Origin: Eubacteriales bacterium
GTDB taxonomy: Bacteria > Bacillota > Clostridia > Oscillospirales > UBA644
Direction: 5' to 3'
Length of the DNA: 64,000 bases
NCBI GenBank assembly: GCA_045535665.1
Contig: JAZSMD010000067.1
Location: forward strand, 23,227-87,226
A model generated the notes under the pieces. It searched no databases. It was not told where the DNA came from and saw nothing but the letters and a program-made list of their open reading frames with translations. Shown here one piece after another: positions 16,143-26,692 of the stretch; the stretch's first letter is position 1, and every line of letters starts with the position of its first letter. Both the position numbers and the translations under genes were made by a program.

Positions 16143-17420
16143 TTAAGCCAAAACAGCACCAAGCATTAAAATACCGATATTATCCTTATAGATTTGCGGA
16201 AATTGGGATATTGGAAGAGGATTTGAACCTCTGCCCGCTTCAATAGTATAACCGGGTTTCCCGAAATCCTGAATAAACCAATCCTTATACCCCGCATAGC
16301 CTGAGTTTATGGGTGTTATTTCAGGTGAATATCCACTTACCTCGGAAAATCTCAAAGCGATATCATATGCACCCGGAATATTGTAATTCAGGAATTTCCA
16401 GAAAATGATCTCACCCTGAGTATGGTATGCCAGAGTCAGAAAAAATCCGTTATTTCTCGTATATTCCCCCATCGCTCGGCTTTCGGGTTCTGAGAATGGT
16501 GCTGCTCCCACATAATCCCTTGGACCGGGCTTTGTAAAGCCTTGTGAAAATTTTATACGTTTGGCCTCTTCCCACTCTGCAGGATAATTAAGATTTAGGT
16601 CAACACCGCGAATATTTGCCTTCCAGCCCTCCGGAAACGGAAGCCCAGAACCCTTTGAAAGGTCTTCCGCATTTTTGTATTCCTGAGAACCGGGAGACAA
16701 TGCCCCTGTTACAAGGTCCACTCCGTCAGGGTTCACCATCGGCACGATATGAATTGAGCTTTTTTCAAAAATATCTCCGGTACTCTGTCCTGCAAGGATT
16801 CCGTCATCGATATAGCTTCTGCAAAAATTTTCAATAAACTTCATCAGCAAAACGGAAGTTATCCACTCATTTGCATGGTGAGAACCGTTATAACAGACCT
16901 TTTTCGGTCCGTTGCCGAGAATAATAACAGGAATATCCTTTCCGCTTACACTCTTTCCGATACTGGAAACCTTCAAAAAAGGATATCGGATCTTTAAGCT
17001 GTCAATGTTAGACATCATTATTTCGTAGGAATAGCTCATATCTGTAGGAACAACGGAATTTCCTATGGGAATTATGATTTCTGAGCCTATTCTGAGGTTT
17101 TCAGGGTCAACGTTTGGATTTGCGGCAATTATTGCATTTACGGAAGTGCCGAAAGTCCTTGCAAGCTGCCAGAAAGTATCTCCGCTTTTTACCGTATAGG
17201 TAATATAGCCGTCGATATATGGCATAAGTGCATTCCAGGTATTTTTACCGACGACTCCGTCGACAGTAATGCCAACAGACCGCTGGAAACGCTTTACCGC
17301 ATTTTCCGTGCGAGAGCCGAATATTCCGTCAACATTTCCTGCTCCGTACCCCAATTTGTTCAAAACACTTTGTAAAAGCTGAACATAAATTCCTCTTGAA
17401 CCAATCTTTAACAGTGGCAT
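16143..17420 (-). CDS. peptidoglycan-binding + LysM + M14 zinc carboxypeptidase (gamma-D-glutamyl-L-diamino acid endopeptidase-like)
   Basis: 425 aa. It has an N-terminal PG_binding_1 domain (GSRGIYVQLLQSVLNKLGYGAGNVDGIFGSRT), a LysM domain (YTVKSGDTFWQLARTFGTSVNAIIAANP), and the M14 zinc motif HHANEWIT. Confidence 0.85.
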   Translation of the reverse strand: MPLLKIGSRGIYVQLLQSVLNKLGYGAGNVDGIFGSRTENAVKRFQRSVGITVDGVVGKNTWNALMPYIDGYITYTVKSGDTFWQLARTFGTSVNAIIAANPNVDPENLRIGSEIIIPIGNSVVPTDMSYSYEIMMSNIDSLKIRYPFLKVSSIGKSVSGKDIPVIILGNGPKKVCYNGSHHANEWITSVLLMKFIENFCRSYIDDGILAGQSTGDIFEKSSIHIVPMVNPDGVDLVTGALSPGSQEYKNAEDLSKGSGLPFPEGWKANIRGVDLNLNYPAEWEEAKRIKFSQGFTKPGPRDYVGAAPFSEPESRAMGEYTRNNGFFLTLAYHTQGEIIFWKFLNYNIPGAYDIALRFSEVSGYSPEITPINSGYAGYKDWFIQDFGKPGYTIEAGRGSNPLPISQFPQIYKDNIGILMLGAVLA

Positions 17421-17530
17421 CTGATCTCCATTCTGCCGTTTTGCGGCAACATAAAACTTTAATTTGGGCGTGAATTTGTATTTATAACATCACACTTTCA
17501 TAATATGTCAGGAACGGATATTTGTTAAAT

Positions 17531-17566
17531 AAAAAATTCGGAAAACCTTTCGCTGGAAGGTCTCCC
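17531..17566 (-). terminator. intrinsic terminator after ytfJ
   Basis: The minus strand reads GGGAGACCUU-CCAGCG-AAGGUUUUCC (two G-U pairs) followed by GAATTTTTT. Confidence 0.5.
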
Positions 17567-17584
17567 GAAAAATGTATTATTTAA

Positions 17585-17992
17585 TTATTCTGCGGATTCT
17601 TCTTTTTTGAACATAGCTTTCAGCTTTTCAATTACTTCAGGAAGACTGTCAACAAATTTATCAACAGCAGAAGAAGCAACAGTTGTCTGCGTTACGGGGA
17701 GCATGGACACATTTCCTTCGGAAGAAACCACAAGGAATGAGATTGGTGTAATATTAACACCTGCACCGCTGCCTCCACCGAAGCAGTAAGGCTGTTCAGC
17801 ATTTTCTTTTTTTGTTGAAAAATCAGAACCGCCGGACGCGAATCCGAAACTGATTTTTGAAACGGGAATGAGTGTTGTACCGTCTGCGGTACGGATAGGT
17901 TCACCAATTATTGTATTTGCATCAACCATATCTCTGAGGTTTTGCATTGAAGTTTCCATTACACCTTGAATGGGATGTTTGTTTTCGGACAT
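17585..17992 (-). CDS. ytfJ: sporulation protein YtfJ (GerW family)
   Basis: 135 aa. IPVSKISFGFASGGSDF and GGGSGAGVNITPISFLVV are characteristic of GerW/YtfJ. Confidence 0.85.
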   Translation of the reverse strand: MSENKHPIQGVMETSMQNLRDMVDANTIIGEPIRTADGTTLIPVSKISFGFASGGSDFSTKKENAEQPYCFGGGSGAGVNITPISFLVVSSEGNVSMLPVTQTTVASSAVDKFVDSLPEVIEKLKAMFKKEESAE

Positions 17993-18699
17993 TATTTTTT
18001 CCTCCTGCCGGTTTTATAAATATATATAAGTATTATGATTCCTGCGTGCAATGCTCTGAAAAGACGGAAACAAACTTCCGTATCGAGCACTATTTTCATT
18101 TTTTCAGCTGTAAAATCGGGATGTATGTGGATTTCTCCGTCCTTAATCTTCTTTTTTGAATCAAGAAGCCCCAACAGCGGAAATATTACTCCTGTAAGCT
18201 TTCCGTACATCTGAGCTGTTTTTGATGCATCAGCTGAGGAAACGTCAATATTCAGATGAAGTTTTTGAAAGTATATTTTAGATAGAAAATGCTTCGTAGC
18301 TTTCTCTAAAATATCAATATAATCAAGGAATTTAAGTGCTTTTATATAGTCCCCAAAACCTTTCTTTTTCGGTTTTGAAGGTTTTTCCTTTTGTTCGGAC
18401 TCTCCCGTAGCTTCCTCTGCCACAGTCTTTACAGGATCTTCAGCAAAATTTTCAGCAGTTTTTTCTGTGGCTTTTTTTGCTTTTTTCTCTGTGTTTTTCT
18501 TTTGCTTTTTGCTTTTGGGGAAAAGTTTCAGAAGTATAGGGCCGAGTCCTGCCCAAAGCCTGAAGCCTTCAATTTCATTGTATTTAACAACTGCTCTGAC
18601 TCTCATCGGCAAAAGAACGATGAGTAAAAGCAAAACAAATCCTAAAATTGAGGCTATAACTATTCCAAGAATCGAAAGAACTGTCAAAAGAATACTCAT
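17992..18699 (-). CDS. DUF2953 / YtfI-like sporulation membrane protein
   Basis: 235 aa with an N-terminal TM helix and a Lys-rich linker. It sits immediately upstream of ytfJ with a 1-nt overlap, as in the B. subtilis ytfI-ytfJ pair. Confidence 0.6.
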   Translation of the reverse strand: MSILLTVLSILGIVIASILGFVLLLLIVLLPMRVRAVVKYNEIEGFRLWAGLGPILLKLFPKSKKQKKNTEKKAKKATEKTAENFAEDPVKTVAEEATGESEQKEKPSKPKKKGFGDYIKALKFLDYIDILEKATKHFLSKIYFQKLHLNIDVSSADASKTAQMYGKLTGVIFPLLGLLDSKKKIKDGEIHIHPDFTAEKMKIVLDTEVCFRLFRALHAGIIILIYIYKTGRRKK

Positions 18700-19298
18700 G
18701 ACTCATCTTCCTCAAGCAGTACCTGCTGTTCGTAATCCTCAAGCGGTTGGTCTTCATTCTGCATTCCTGCAAAACCTTCCATGAAAAGATCCCTTGAGGG
18801 CAAAGCTTCAATGGATTCGAGCCCGAAAACAGTCAAAAACTTGTCCGTTGTGCCGTAGGACATGGGTCTTCCCGGAAGATCAAGCCTTCCCTGAGGCTCA
18901 AGAAGGTCTTTATCCACAAGGGATTCCATAACCTCAGCAGAAGCGACGCCACGAACCTGAGACACATAAGTTTTTGTTGTGGGCTGATTATAAGCAACTA
19001 TTGCAAGTACTTCCATTGCGGCATTTGAAAGTCCCGGAGTCCTTCCCTTAGCCACATATGCAGCTACAGATTCCGCATATTCTTCTTTTGTACAAAGTCT
19101 GTAAGTATTTCCGTGAACTATGAGCTGAACACCCAGGTATTTATCACTGAGATCTGCGTTGACTTCATCAAGGACTTCTTTGATCTCATCGGGTCTGCGT
19201 TCAAGAACCGCACAAAGCTTTTCAAGCTCAACGGGTTGTGGGGACGCAAAAAGAATTGCTTCAACTGTCCCTTTTAATTTAAGATCCTCTACGCTCAC
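18696..19298 (-). CDS. scpB: segregation and condensation protein B
   Basis: 200 aa. It has VEAILFASPQPVELEKL and the double winged-helix pattern, and it overlaps scpA by 4 nt. Confidence 0.9.
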   Translation of the reverse strand: MSVEDLKLKGTVEAILFASPQPVELEKLCAVLERRPDEIKEVLDEVNADLSDKYLGVQLIVHGNTYRLCTKEEYAESVAAYVAKGRTPGLSNAAMEVLAIVAYNQPTTKTYVSQVRGVASAEVMESLVDKDLLEPQGRLDLPGRPMSYGTTDKFLTVFGLESIEALPSRDLFMEGFAGMQNEDQPLEDYEQQVLLEEDES

Positions 19299-20038
19299 GG
19301 TGTTTTTCTCCTGTTCGGTCGGTTGTCCACCAAAACTATATCAAAGTTTTCGGGGTCTGTATTGTTATCGGGGATATCCACTCTTCCGCTTCTGATAAGC
19401 TCAAGAACCGCAAGGAATGTGGCTACTGTCTGAGAACGGCTTGTTGAATTCTTAAAAACGGAAGTAAAAGAAACTCTCATGTTTTTAATAAGCAGTCTCA
19501 GCAAATATATTACACGGCTGGCAACGGAAATGAATTCCGTACCGATTATTCCGTTAAAGTGCTTTGAAGAAAGAGGCTTTTGCCCTTCTATTCTGCGAAG
19601 AGCGCTGTTATAAGCATTCATCAATGCCAAAGGTGAATATGAGTAATTTGCCTGAGGCTTGGGAAGATCTTCATGTATTGCTTCCCTGAAATAAACCTTT
19701 CCGTACATACTGTTTTCGGAAAGTATTTCAGCGGCTTTTTTACAGCGTGCATATTCCTGAAGTCTCTGTTCAAGCTCTGCTTTGGGGTCTTCTTCAGGTA
19801 TATCCTCCTTAGGAAGCAGTGAGCAGGATTTAATATACAGCAAGGTCGATGCCATTTCAAGAAAATCTGCCGCAAGCTCTATATTATACTCCCTTGCTTT
19901 TTCAATATACGCCATATACTGCTCAAGAAGCAATGATATTTCAATATCGCAAATATCTATTTTATGTTTTTCAATGAGGGACAGCAAAAGATCCAATGGT
20001 CCCTCAAAAATTTCAAGTTTAAAGCTTAATTCATCCAT
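19295..20038 (-). CDS. scpA: segregation and condensation protein A
   Basis: 247 aa. FEGPLDLLLSLIEKHKIDICDIEIS is the kleisin ScpA N-terminal signature. Confidence 0.9.
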   Translation of the reverse strand: MDELSFKLEIFEGPLDLLLSLIEKHKIDICDIEISLLLEQYMAYIEKAREYNIELAADFLEMASTLLYIKSCSLLPKEDIPEEDPKAELEQRLQEYARCKKAAEILSENSMYGKVYFREAIHEDLPKPQANYSYSPLALMNAYNSALRRIEGQKPLSSKHFNGIIGTEFISVASRVIYLLRLLIKNMRVSFTSVFKNSTSRSQTVATFLAVLELIRSGRVDIPDNNTDPENFDIVLVDNRPNRRKTP

Positions 20039-20721
20039 TAAAGAAAAAGTCCAATCAATCGGTAAATAATATCAGAAAAGAATCCGAATAATGCAATCTG
20101 CACAGGTGTGAGGAAGTCTATCGTATTAAGAAGAAAAATCAATGCAAAGAAAATTAATGTAGAGTATCTTTCAAGACCGAGATATTTTCTCTGCCATTTC
20201 AGAGGAAGAAATCCTGCAACGATCTTTGAACCGTCAAGAGGTGGCAACGGAATAAGATTGAATACCGCAAATGACATATTGAGCATATAGATAGACTCAA
20301 ACAGCATGAAAATATTCTGCAGTATAAAATTTTCCCCGTTTATTATCTGCACCAAATATAAAATGACGGATACAAGCATGCCAACGAAACATAGCAGGAA
20401 ATTCATTAATGGACCTGCAGCGGAAGTAACGATCATTCCCACACGCTTATTTTTAAAGTTTGCGGGGTTTATGAAGACAGGACTTGCCCAACCGAAACCG
20501 AACAACAGAAGCATTACAGCACCCATTGGGTTAATATGCTTCATTGGATTCAAGGACATTCTTCCTACCATTTTTGCGGAAGGGTCTCCGCATTTATCAG
20601 CGGCAAAGGCGTGAGCCCATTCATGGAAAACCATTGCAATACATACGGAAATCAAGCTAAAGACCAGAGCCTGAAGCTTTTCCATTGGCGAAGCCTCTGA
20701 AAAAAGAATTCTTAGCAGCAT
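20038..20721 (-). CDS. site-2 protease family (peptidase M50) membrane metalloprotease
   Basis: 227 aa. It has HEWAHAF (HExxH) in TM1 and NLIPLPPLDGSK (the third zinc ligand Asp) later. Confidence 0.85.
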   Translation of the reverse strand: MLLRILFSEASPMEKLQALVFSLISVCIAMVFHEWAHAFAADKCGDPSAKMVGRMSLNPMKHINPMGAVMLLLFGFGWASPVFINPANFKNKRVGMIVTSAAGPLMNFLLCFVGMLVSVILYLVQIINGENFILQNIFMLFESIYMLNMSFAVFNLIPLPPLDGSKIVAGFLPLKWQRKYLGLERYSTLIFFALIFLLNTIDFLTPVQIALFGFFSDIIYRLIGLFL

Positions 20722-20737
20722 TTTTCAAAATCTCCTG

Positions 20738-21433
20738 TTAATACAAATTTACGTTAAAATAAGTCTGCGCAATATTCAATATAAAAGAGCCGAAGAAATC
20801 GGAAACTCCGCCGATACAAGCTTCTGCAATACCTGAACGGGATAAAAATACGATGGCTACGGTGATTATGAAAACAGAATAACGTCTCCAGGAAAGGAAT
20901 ATCTCCCCTGTTTTTTCGGGCATAAACTGTGCAATAAAAACACCGCCATCCAAAGAAGGTAAAGGCATTATATTAAAAATTGCAATAGCAAGATTTGCGG
21001 AAACGAAAGCAATAAGGAACGACTGGAGAAATGTCCCGTATTCGGGCATTACCTCATTCCATTCCATAATAACAAGGACTTCATAACCGACCATTGCCGC
21101 AAAAGCCCAAAAGAAGTTTGCAAGAACACCCGAAAAAGATATAAGCATATTTCTGAAACGCGAAAGACAAGGCGCATTCACCTCATCAAGCTTTGTAAAT
21201 GAAAACACAAACAGCACGGCTACGGCAAAAAGATTTTTCGGCTGAAAGACCCTAAGAGGATTTATACTCTCTTTAACGGACTTATCAAAGTCTTTACCCA
21301 TGCAGATCGCCTGCATTATTCTGTGACCGACAGCATGGAGCCAGACAGCAAAAAGGGATGCGACGGCAAAATGACCGACGATATATAAAATTTCATTAAA
21401 TTCGTAAGAACTGCCGATAAGCTCAAAAAACAT
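20738..21433 (-). CDS. M50-like membrane protein lacking the catalytic Glu (HAVGH in place of HExxH)
   Basis: 231 aa with the same topology as its neighbour. It has LHAVGHRIM and NIMPLPSLDGG. The two His and the Asp are retained, but the Glu is replaced by Ala. Confidence 0.7.
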   Translation of the reverse strand: MFFELIGSSYEFNEILYIVGHFAVASLFAVWLHAVGHRIMQAICMGKDFDKSVKESINPLRVFQPKNLFAVAVLFVFSFTKLDEVNAPCLSRFRNMLISFSGVLANFFWAFAAMVGYEVLVIMEWNEVMPEYGTFLQSFLIAFVSANLAIAIFNIMPLPSLDGGVFIAQFMPEKTGEIFLSWRRYSVFIITVAIVFLSRSGIAEACIGGVSDFFGSFILNIAQTYFNVNLY

Positions 21434-21672
21434 GAGTAGCTCCTTTAATTACCTGTTTCAGGATATAATCCCATATATAACATTATACACCAGATTCACT
21501 TAAAAGTAAAGTCAAAACATATAGTTGACACAAAAATTTCCAAATGAAAACCAAAAAAACAGCTATTGGATTCTTGTTCAATAAAACTTTGTTTTCTCTT
21601 TGCAAATACTTATATAAAGTAATTTATAATATAGGGTAACAAGATTTAAAAAAATTAAAAGGAAAAAAAGAA

Positions 21673-22452
21673 ATGCAGCTCAGACTTAAACAAATTGATT
21701 ATACCTTAAAATACAAATGCTTACCGAAGGAATTTGACGGTTTTACAATAGCCTTTATTTCAGACCTTCACGACAGGGAATTTCCTTTCGGACATAACGA
21801 GCTTATTGTAAAAATGATAGAGGAAAATATACCCGATGTTATTATGCTCGGCGGAGATATGCACCACGCAAAGATAGACAATTCACGTTATCTCGGATTT
21901 ATTGAAAAGCTCACCGCTGTTGCTCCCGTATTCTCTGCCGAAGGGAATCATGACTGTGAATCCCAGACAAAAAATTACAAAGGCTATGATGAATATAAAA
22001 AAGCAATGAAGGAGCTTGGTGTTCTGAATCTTCACGGTGACGGAGCTAGACTTTTTGCAAAAAACAGCGAAAACTATATAAATATCTCCGGTGCAAGCTG
22101 GGATGACAAAGGCTCAGTCGAGCCAAACTACGAAAAAGATGCATTCAATATATTCCTGATGCACGACCCCAACAGCTTTGACACCGTTACCGTAAGACCC
22201 GAGCTTATGCTTTCGGGACATATTCACGGTGGGATAATCCGTTTGCCCAACGGCCAGGGCATTTTCGCTCCCGGTGCAGGGGCAAAAGTAAGAGAAAGAT
22301 TTTCCCCCCAATATTTTTTACCTAAATACACTTACGGTGTGTACGGAAAAAACAAGAAGCTCATAGTCACTTCAGGGTTGGGACCTTCAGTTATTCCATT
22401 CAGATTTATAACCCCCGAAGTTGTGATAATAACACTTAAACACGAAGATTGA
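21673..22452 (+). CDS. metallophosphoesterase (YkuE/calcineurin-like)
   Basis: 259 aa with motifs ISDLHD, GGDM, GNHD and GHIHGG. Confidence 0.85.
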   Translation: MQLRLKQIDYTLKYKCLPKEFDGFTIAFISDLHDREFPFGHNELIVKMIEENIPDVIMLGGDMHHAKIDNSRYLGFIEKLTAVAPVFSAEGNHDCESQTKNYKGYDEYKKAMKELGVLNLHGDGARLFAKNSENYINISGASWDDKGSVEPNYEKDAFNIFLMHDPNSFDTVTVRPELMLSGHIHGGIIRLPNGQGIFAPGAGAKVRERFSPQYFLPKYTYGVYGKNKKLIVTSGLGPSVIPFRFITPEVVIITLKHED

Positions 22453-22465
22453 AAGAGGAAAACCT

Positions 22466-24667
22466 GTGATACTTAACGGAATTATCGACAGAATCATATA
22501 TAAAAACCCCGAAAACGGATATACAGTCCTTGAACTTGAAACAAAGGAAGGAATCACTACCGTTGTAGGTATCATGCCGAAAATTGCCGAGGGCGAACAA
22601 ATTGAGGTTGAAGGAGACTACACAACACATAATACTTTCGGAAAACAATTCAAGGTTGACTCATTCACATCAAGCCTTCCCGTAACGGAAACGGCAATGC
22701 TCAGGTATCTGTCTTCGGGAATAATAAAAGGAATAAGGGAAGCCACCGCAAAAAACATAATAAAAAGATTCGGACCCGAAAGTCTTGACATCATTGAAAA
22801 CTATCCAGAAAAACTTGCGGAGATCAAAGGAATATCACTGCAGAAGGCTCAGACAATATCTCAGTCAATGCAGGAAAACCTCGGCATAAAAACGATACTT
22901 CTTTACTTTCAGCAGTTCGGAATGACCCCAACGGTAGCTTTTAAGATTTATAAAAAATGGGGACTTAACGCCTATGATGTTGTAAGAAACAATCCCTACA
23001 GCCTTTGTGATATTCAGGGTATAGGCTTTAACCGTGCAGATACCATTGCAAAAAGAATGGAATACAGCACAGACAGCCCTTACAGAGTGGAGGCAGGTAT
23101 TTTATACATTCTTACACATAATCTGAACGCCAACGGACATACTTTCCAGCCACGTGAAAAATTAGTTGAGGTTGCAGAGCTTTTGCTTGGAACGTCAGCA
23201 ATCCTTATAAACGAAATATTGGATAAGCTCATTAACGATGGCAAGGTGATTTACAAAGAAAAGATCGGAAACACAAACGGAATATATCTTTCATGGGTAT
23301 ACCACTGCGAAAAAGACGTTTCCGAAAGGATAGTTCTGGCTTCGAAATTTTCAAGACCTTACGACGGCAATCCGGAAGCGGATATAAAATACATACAAAC
23401 AACAAAAGGTATATCCTTTGCGGAACGTCAAAAAGAAGCAATATACGAAAGTTTATGTCATCAGATAATGGTTCTTACAGGAGGACCGGGTACAGGTAAA
23501 ACAACAACTCTGAACGGAATAATCGCAAATCTTGAAGCAAAAGGCATAACCTTTGCATTGGCTGCCCCCACAGGAAGAGCTGCAAAACGAATGACAGAGC
23601 TTACGGGAAAAGAAGCAAAAACCATACACAGACTTCTTGAATACGGCATTGGTGCAGGAGACTCTGAGCCATCCTTCCAAAGAAACAGAGACAATCCCCT
23701 TCCGCATGAGGTCATTATAATTGACGAAGCTTCAATGGTTGACTTACCGCTGTTTGACAGCCTGTTAAAAGCAATACCTCTCTCTTCACGCCTTATTATG
23801 GTAGGAGACGCAAATCAGCTTCCACCTGTCGGACCGGGAACAATATTCAAGGATATCATCAACAGCAAACTTGTAAAGGTTGTTGAACTTAATGAAATAT
23901 TCCGCCAATCGGGAGAAAGCCTTATAGTAACAAACGCTCACAAGATCATACACGGTGAATTTCCCATCTGCACGGAAACAAAAAACGATTTCTTTTTCAT
24001 GCGTGCGGATACTCCCAACGAACTGACAGAGAAATTAGTGTCTTTATATACAGACAGACTGCCAAACGCATATGACTTCGACCCGCTTGAAGATATTCAG
24101 ATAATCTGCCCTACAAAAAAGACAGAAACTGGAACTATGGCGTTGAATAATCATCTAAAAGAAGCAGCAAACCCCAAAAGCTTCAATAAGGATGAAATAA
24201 ATTTCCGAGAATTAGTCTTCCGAACAGGTGATAAAGTCATGCAAATAAAAAATGACTATGATATTGAAGTGGAAAAGGATAATGGTGATTTCGACAACGG
24301 TGTATTTAACGGAGATATCGGTATAATTGAAAGAGTGGACAGAGAAGACGGCGCTGTAAGAGTTCGGTACGACGACAAGACGGTTACATATACAATGGAA
24401 AATCTTGACGAGATAGAACCTGCGTATGCAATAACGGTACACAAAAGCCAGGGAAGCGAATTCAAAGCAGTAATCCTTCCGTTGCTTGACGGTGCTGATA
24501 TTCTGTTTACAAGAAACCTTCTTTACACCGCAGTAACAAGAGCAAAGCAGCTTTTGATAGTTCTGGGCTCACCTTACAGGCTAAAGCAAATGGTAGATAA
24601 TGTTTCGGGTGACAAACGCTACTGCGGGCTTAAGCACATGATGCTTCAGGCGGTTGAAGATGAGTAA
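22466..24667 (+). CDS. recD2: SF1B ATP-dependent RecD-like DNA helicase
   Basis: 733 aa. It has Walker A GGPGTGKTT, the IIDEASMV and VGDANQLPPVGPG motifs, and a C-terminal TVHKSQGSEF. The start codon is GTG. Confidence 0.9.
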   Translation: MILNGIIDRIIYKNPENGYTVLELETKEGITTVVGIMPKIAEGEQIEVEGDYTTHNTFGKQFKVDSFTSSLPVTETAMLRYLSSGIIKGIREATAKNIIKRFGPESLDIIENYPEKLAEIKGISLQKAQTISQSMQENLGIKTILLYFQQFGMTPTVAFKIYKKWGLNAYDVVRNNPYSLCDIQGIGFNRADTIAKRMEYSTDSPYRVEAGILYILTHNLNANGHTFQPREKLVEVAELLLGTSAILINEILDKLINDGKVIYKEKIGNTNGIYLSWVYHCEKDVSERIVLASKFSRPYDGNPEADIKYIQTTKGISFAERQKEAIYESLCHQIMVLTGGPGTGKTTTLNGIIANLEAKGITFALAAPTGRAAKRMTELTGKEAKTIHRLLEYGIGAGDSEPSFQRNRDNPLPHEVIIIDEASMVDLPLFDSLLKAIPLSSRLIMVGDANQLPPVGPGTIFKDIINSKLVKVVELNEIFRQSGESLIVTNAHKIIHGEFPICTETKNDFFFMRADTPNELTEKLVSLYTDRLPNAYDFDPLEDIQIICPTKKTETGTMALNNHLKEAANPKSFNKDEINFRELVFRTGDKVMQIKNDYDIEVEKDNGDFDNGVFNGDIGIIERVDREDGAVRVRYDDKTVTYTMENLDEIEPAYAITVHKSQGSEFKAVILPLLDGADILFTRNLLYTAVTRAKQLLIVLGSPYRLKQMVDNVSGDKRYCGLKHMMLQAVEDE

Positions 24668-25400
24668 AATTCCGTCTCTTACCGATATCCTTTTCTGCAG
24701 ACACTGTATCTCCTGTGGAGAGACTCTTCCGTTGTTTTACGATGACGATTTCTGCTGTGACTGCAGAAAAACAGTAAAAAGACTGACTGATAACGAGATT
24801 GTTCTGACACATGTAATCAAAGTAAAAAGCCTTTTTATATACGATGGGACATTAAGGAAAGCATTGATAAATTTGAAATACAACAATAATGCTCAGGCGG
24901 GTCGCTATATAGCAAAGGAATTGGCAGAGCTTATACAAAAAGACAAGGAGTTCATGTCAGTCGATTATATAATCAACGTACCGAACGGGAAATATGCAAC
25001 TAACAGACTTTATAACCAATCAATGTTTCTGGCAAAAGATATTGCAAAGAAATGCAAACTGGAATATTTTTCCGACGCTTTGAAGAAAAAACGCGGTATA
25101 AAGTCACAGAGTAAATGCAAAACACGTTTGGAACGTAAAGAAAACATAAAATCCGCATTTTATGTCCCAAAAGGAATTGACCTGAAAGGAAAATCTTTTC
25201 TCATAATTGACGATATCCTTACAACAGGCTCAACCTTGAACGCCTGTGCCGAAGCTTTGAAAAAAGCAGGGGCAGGAAAAATATATGCTGCAACAGCTGC
25301 AAGAACTTTAAGCTCGATCAAATCAATAAAAATAAAGATCCTTGATGCAGACATTGTTTTCACCAAGAAGCCTACTGTACATTATAAATTCACAAGATAA
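24654..25400 (+). CDS. comFC: ComF family protein (phosphoribosyltransferase-like)
   Basis: 248 aa. It has an N-terminal Cys4 zinc ribbon (CRHCISC...CCDC) and the PRTase motif FLIIDDILTTGSTL. It overlaps recD2 by 14 nt. Confidence 0.85.
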   Translation: MKMSKIPSLTDILFCRHCISCGETLPLFYDDDFCCDCRKTVKRLTDNEIVLTHVIKVKSLFIYDGTLRKALINLKYNNNAQAGRYIAKELAELIQKDKEFMSVDYIINVPNGKYATNRLYNQSMFLAKDIAKKCKLEYFSDALKKKRGIKSQSKCKTRLERKENIKSAFYVPKGIDLKGKSFLIIDDILTTGSTLNACAEALKKAGAGKIYAATAARTLSSIKSIKIKILDADIVFTKKPTVHYKFTR

Positions 25401-25426
25401 ATACAAGTAAAAAAGAGGAATTACTT

Positions 25427-26599
25427 ATGAAACGAATTTTAACAATGGCTATGTGTGTTATAGTTGTTTTTTCAACTGCATCCTGCAGTCGTGTCGACAT
25501 GTCAAAATTACTCAGCTTTATCCCGGAAGTGGATTTTCCGGTTTGTGAAACAGCCTTTGAATTTGTTGAAAATATGACTTACGGCTGGAATCTGGGTCTG
25601 GCAATGAGCTATTACAACGAGGGACATATTAAACCAACCTCCCTTACAGAAAGCACACTCGAAGACATAAATTCTGCACAAACCGCATGGGGAAATCCGA
25701 TTACGACTCAAGAAATGATAAATGCCGTTCGAGATAAAGGCTTTAATCTTATCAGAGTCCAGGTATCGTATAATAACCATATGGACTCTTCCGGAAATAT
25801 AGATAAGTTGTGGCTTGACAGAGTTGTTGAAATCGTTGACTATTGTATGGAAGCTGATGTATATTGCCTTTTAACCGCAACAGGTTGTGTCTGGGCAACA
25901 GCTGAACCTAAGACATTTGAAGAGCAAAGCGCCATTTATCGCAGAATATGGGAACAGGTTGCTGCCAGATTTGTTGATTATGATGAAAGACTTTTGTTTG
26001 AAGGATTAAATGAGCTTTTACCTGCGGGAGGATGGGGCGCATCTATTAAAGATAAACATATAACTGTTCACGAGTCTTTCTGTCAGATTTTTGTAGATAC
26101 AGTACGTGCAAGCGGTGGTTACAATGAAACAAGAAACCTTGTATTAAACCCGATTGCGGCTACATATTCTTATGAGTACAATAAAATGTTTGATTTGCCG
26201 AAAGATCCTGCTGATAACCATCTTTTAGCTGCAGTACATTGCTATGTTCCTGTACAATTCTGTTTTAACGAAACAAATCTCGGTTCAACGGATTTTCGAA
26301 ACGAATGGGGTGGAGAGGAAGACGAAAAAGAACTTGATTCAATTTTACATTCAGTAAAAACCCGTTTTATTGACGAACTCGGCGTTCCGGTTATTGTAGG
26401 AGAGTTTGGAGTTGTTGACAGAGCTACCGAAGAAGAGCGTTCCGAATATATAAGCTTCTATTCCAAAACCGCCAAAAAGTACGATATAAAGCTTGTTATT
26501 TTCGATGACGGCTGGGATTTTACTGTTTTTGAAAGAGAAACTTTAACCTGGCCCTATGAAAAAGTTATTGATGCTTTGTTTTCTGCAGAAAAAGAATAA
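25427..26599 (+). CDS. glycoside hydrolase family 5 lipoprotein
   Basis: 390 aa with lipobox STASC. It has the GFNLIRV motif and the GH5 catalytic acid/base motif FEGLNE and nucleophile motif VGEFG. Confidence 0.8.
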   Translation: MKRILTMAMCVIVVFSTASCSRVDMSKLLSFIPEVDFPVCETAFEFVENMTYGWNLGLAMSYYNEGHIKPTSLTESTLEDINSAQTAWGNPITTQEMINAVRDKGFNLIRVQVSYNNHMDSSGNIDKLWLDRVVEIVDYCMEADVYCLLTATGCVWATAEPKTFEEQSAIYRRIWEQVAARFVDYDERLLFEGLNELLPAGGWGASIKDKHITVHESFCQIFVDTVRASGGYNETRNLVLNPIAATYSYEYNKMFDLPKDPADNHLLAAVHCYVPVQFCFNETNLGSTDFRNEWGGEEDEKELDSILHSVKTRFIDELGVPVIVGEFGVVDRATEEERSEYISFYSKTAKKYDIKLVIFDDGWDFTVFERETLTWPYEKVIDALFSAEKE

Positions 26600-26629
26600 A
26601 AAATATTTACTGAGCAATCAAAATTTTAA

Positions 26630-26665
26630 GGCTCTGTGTCGTTAGAGTACACAGAGCCGATTTTT
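26630..26665 (+). terminator. intrinsic terminator after the GH5 gene
   Basis: The stem GGCTCTGTG / CACAGAGCC is followed by GATTTTT. Confidence 0.7.
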
Positions 26666-26692
26666 GCGTTCAACGCCACTTAATATGAGCAA

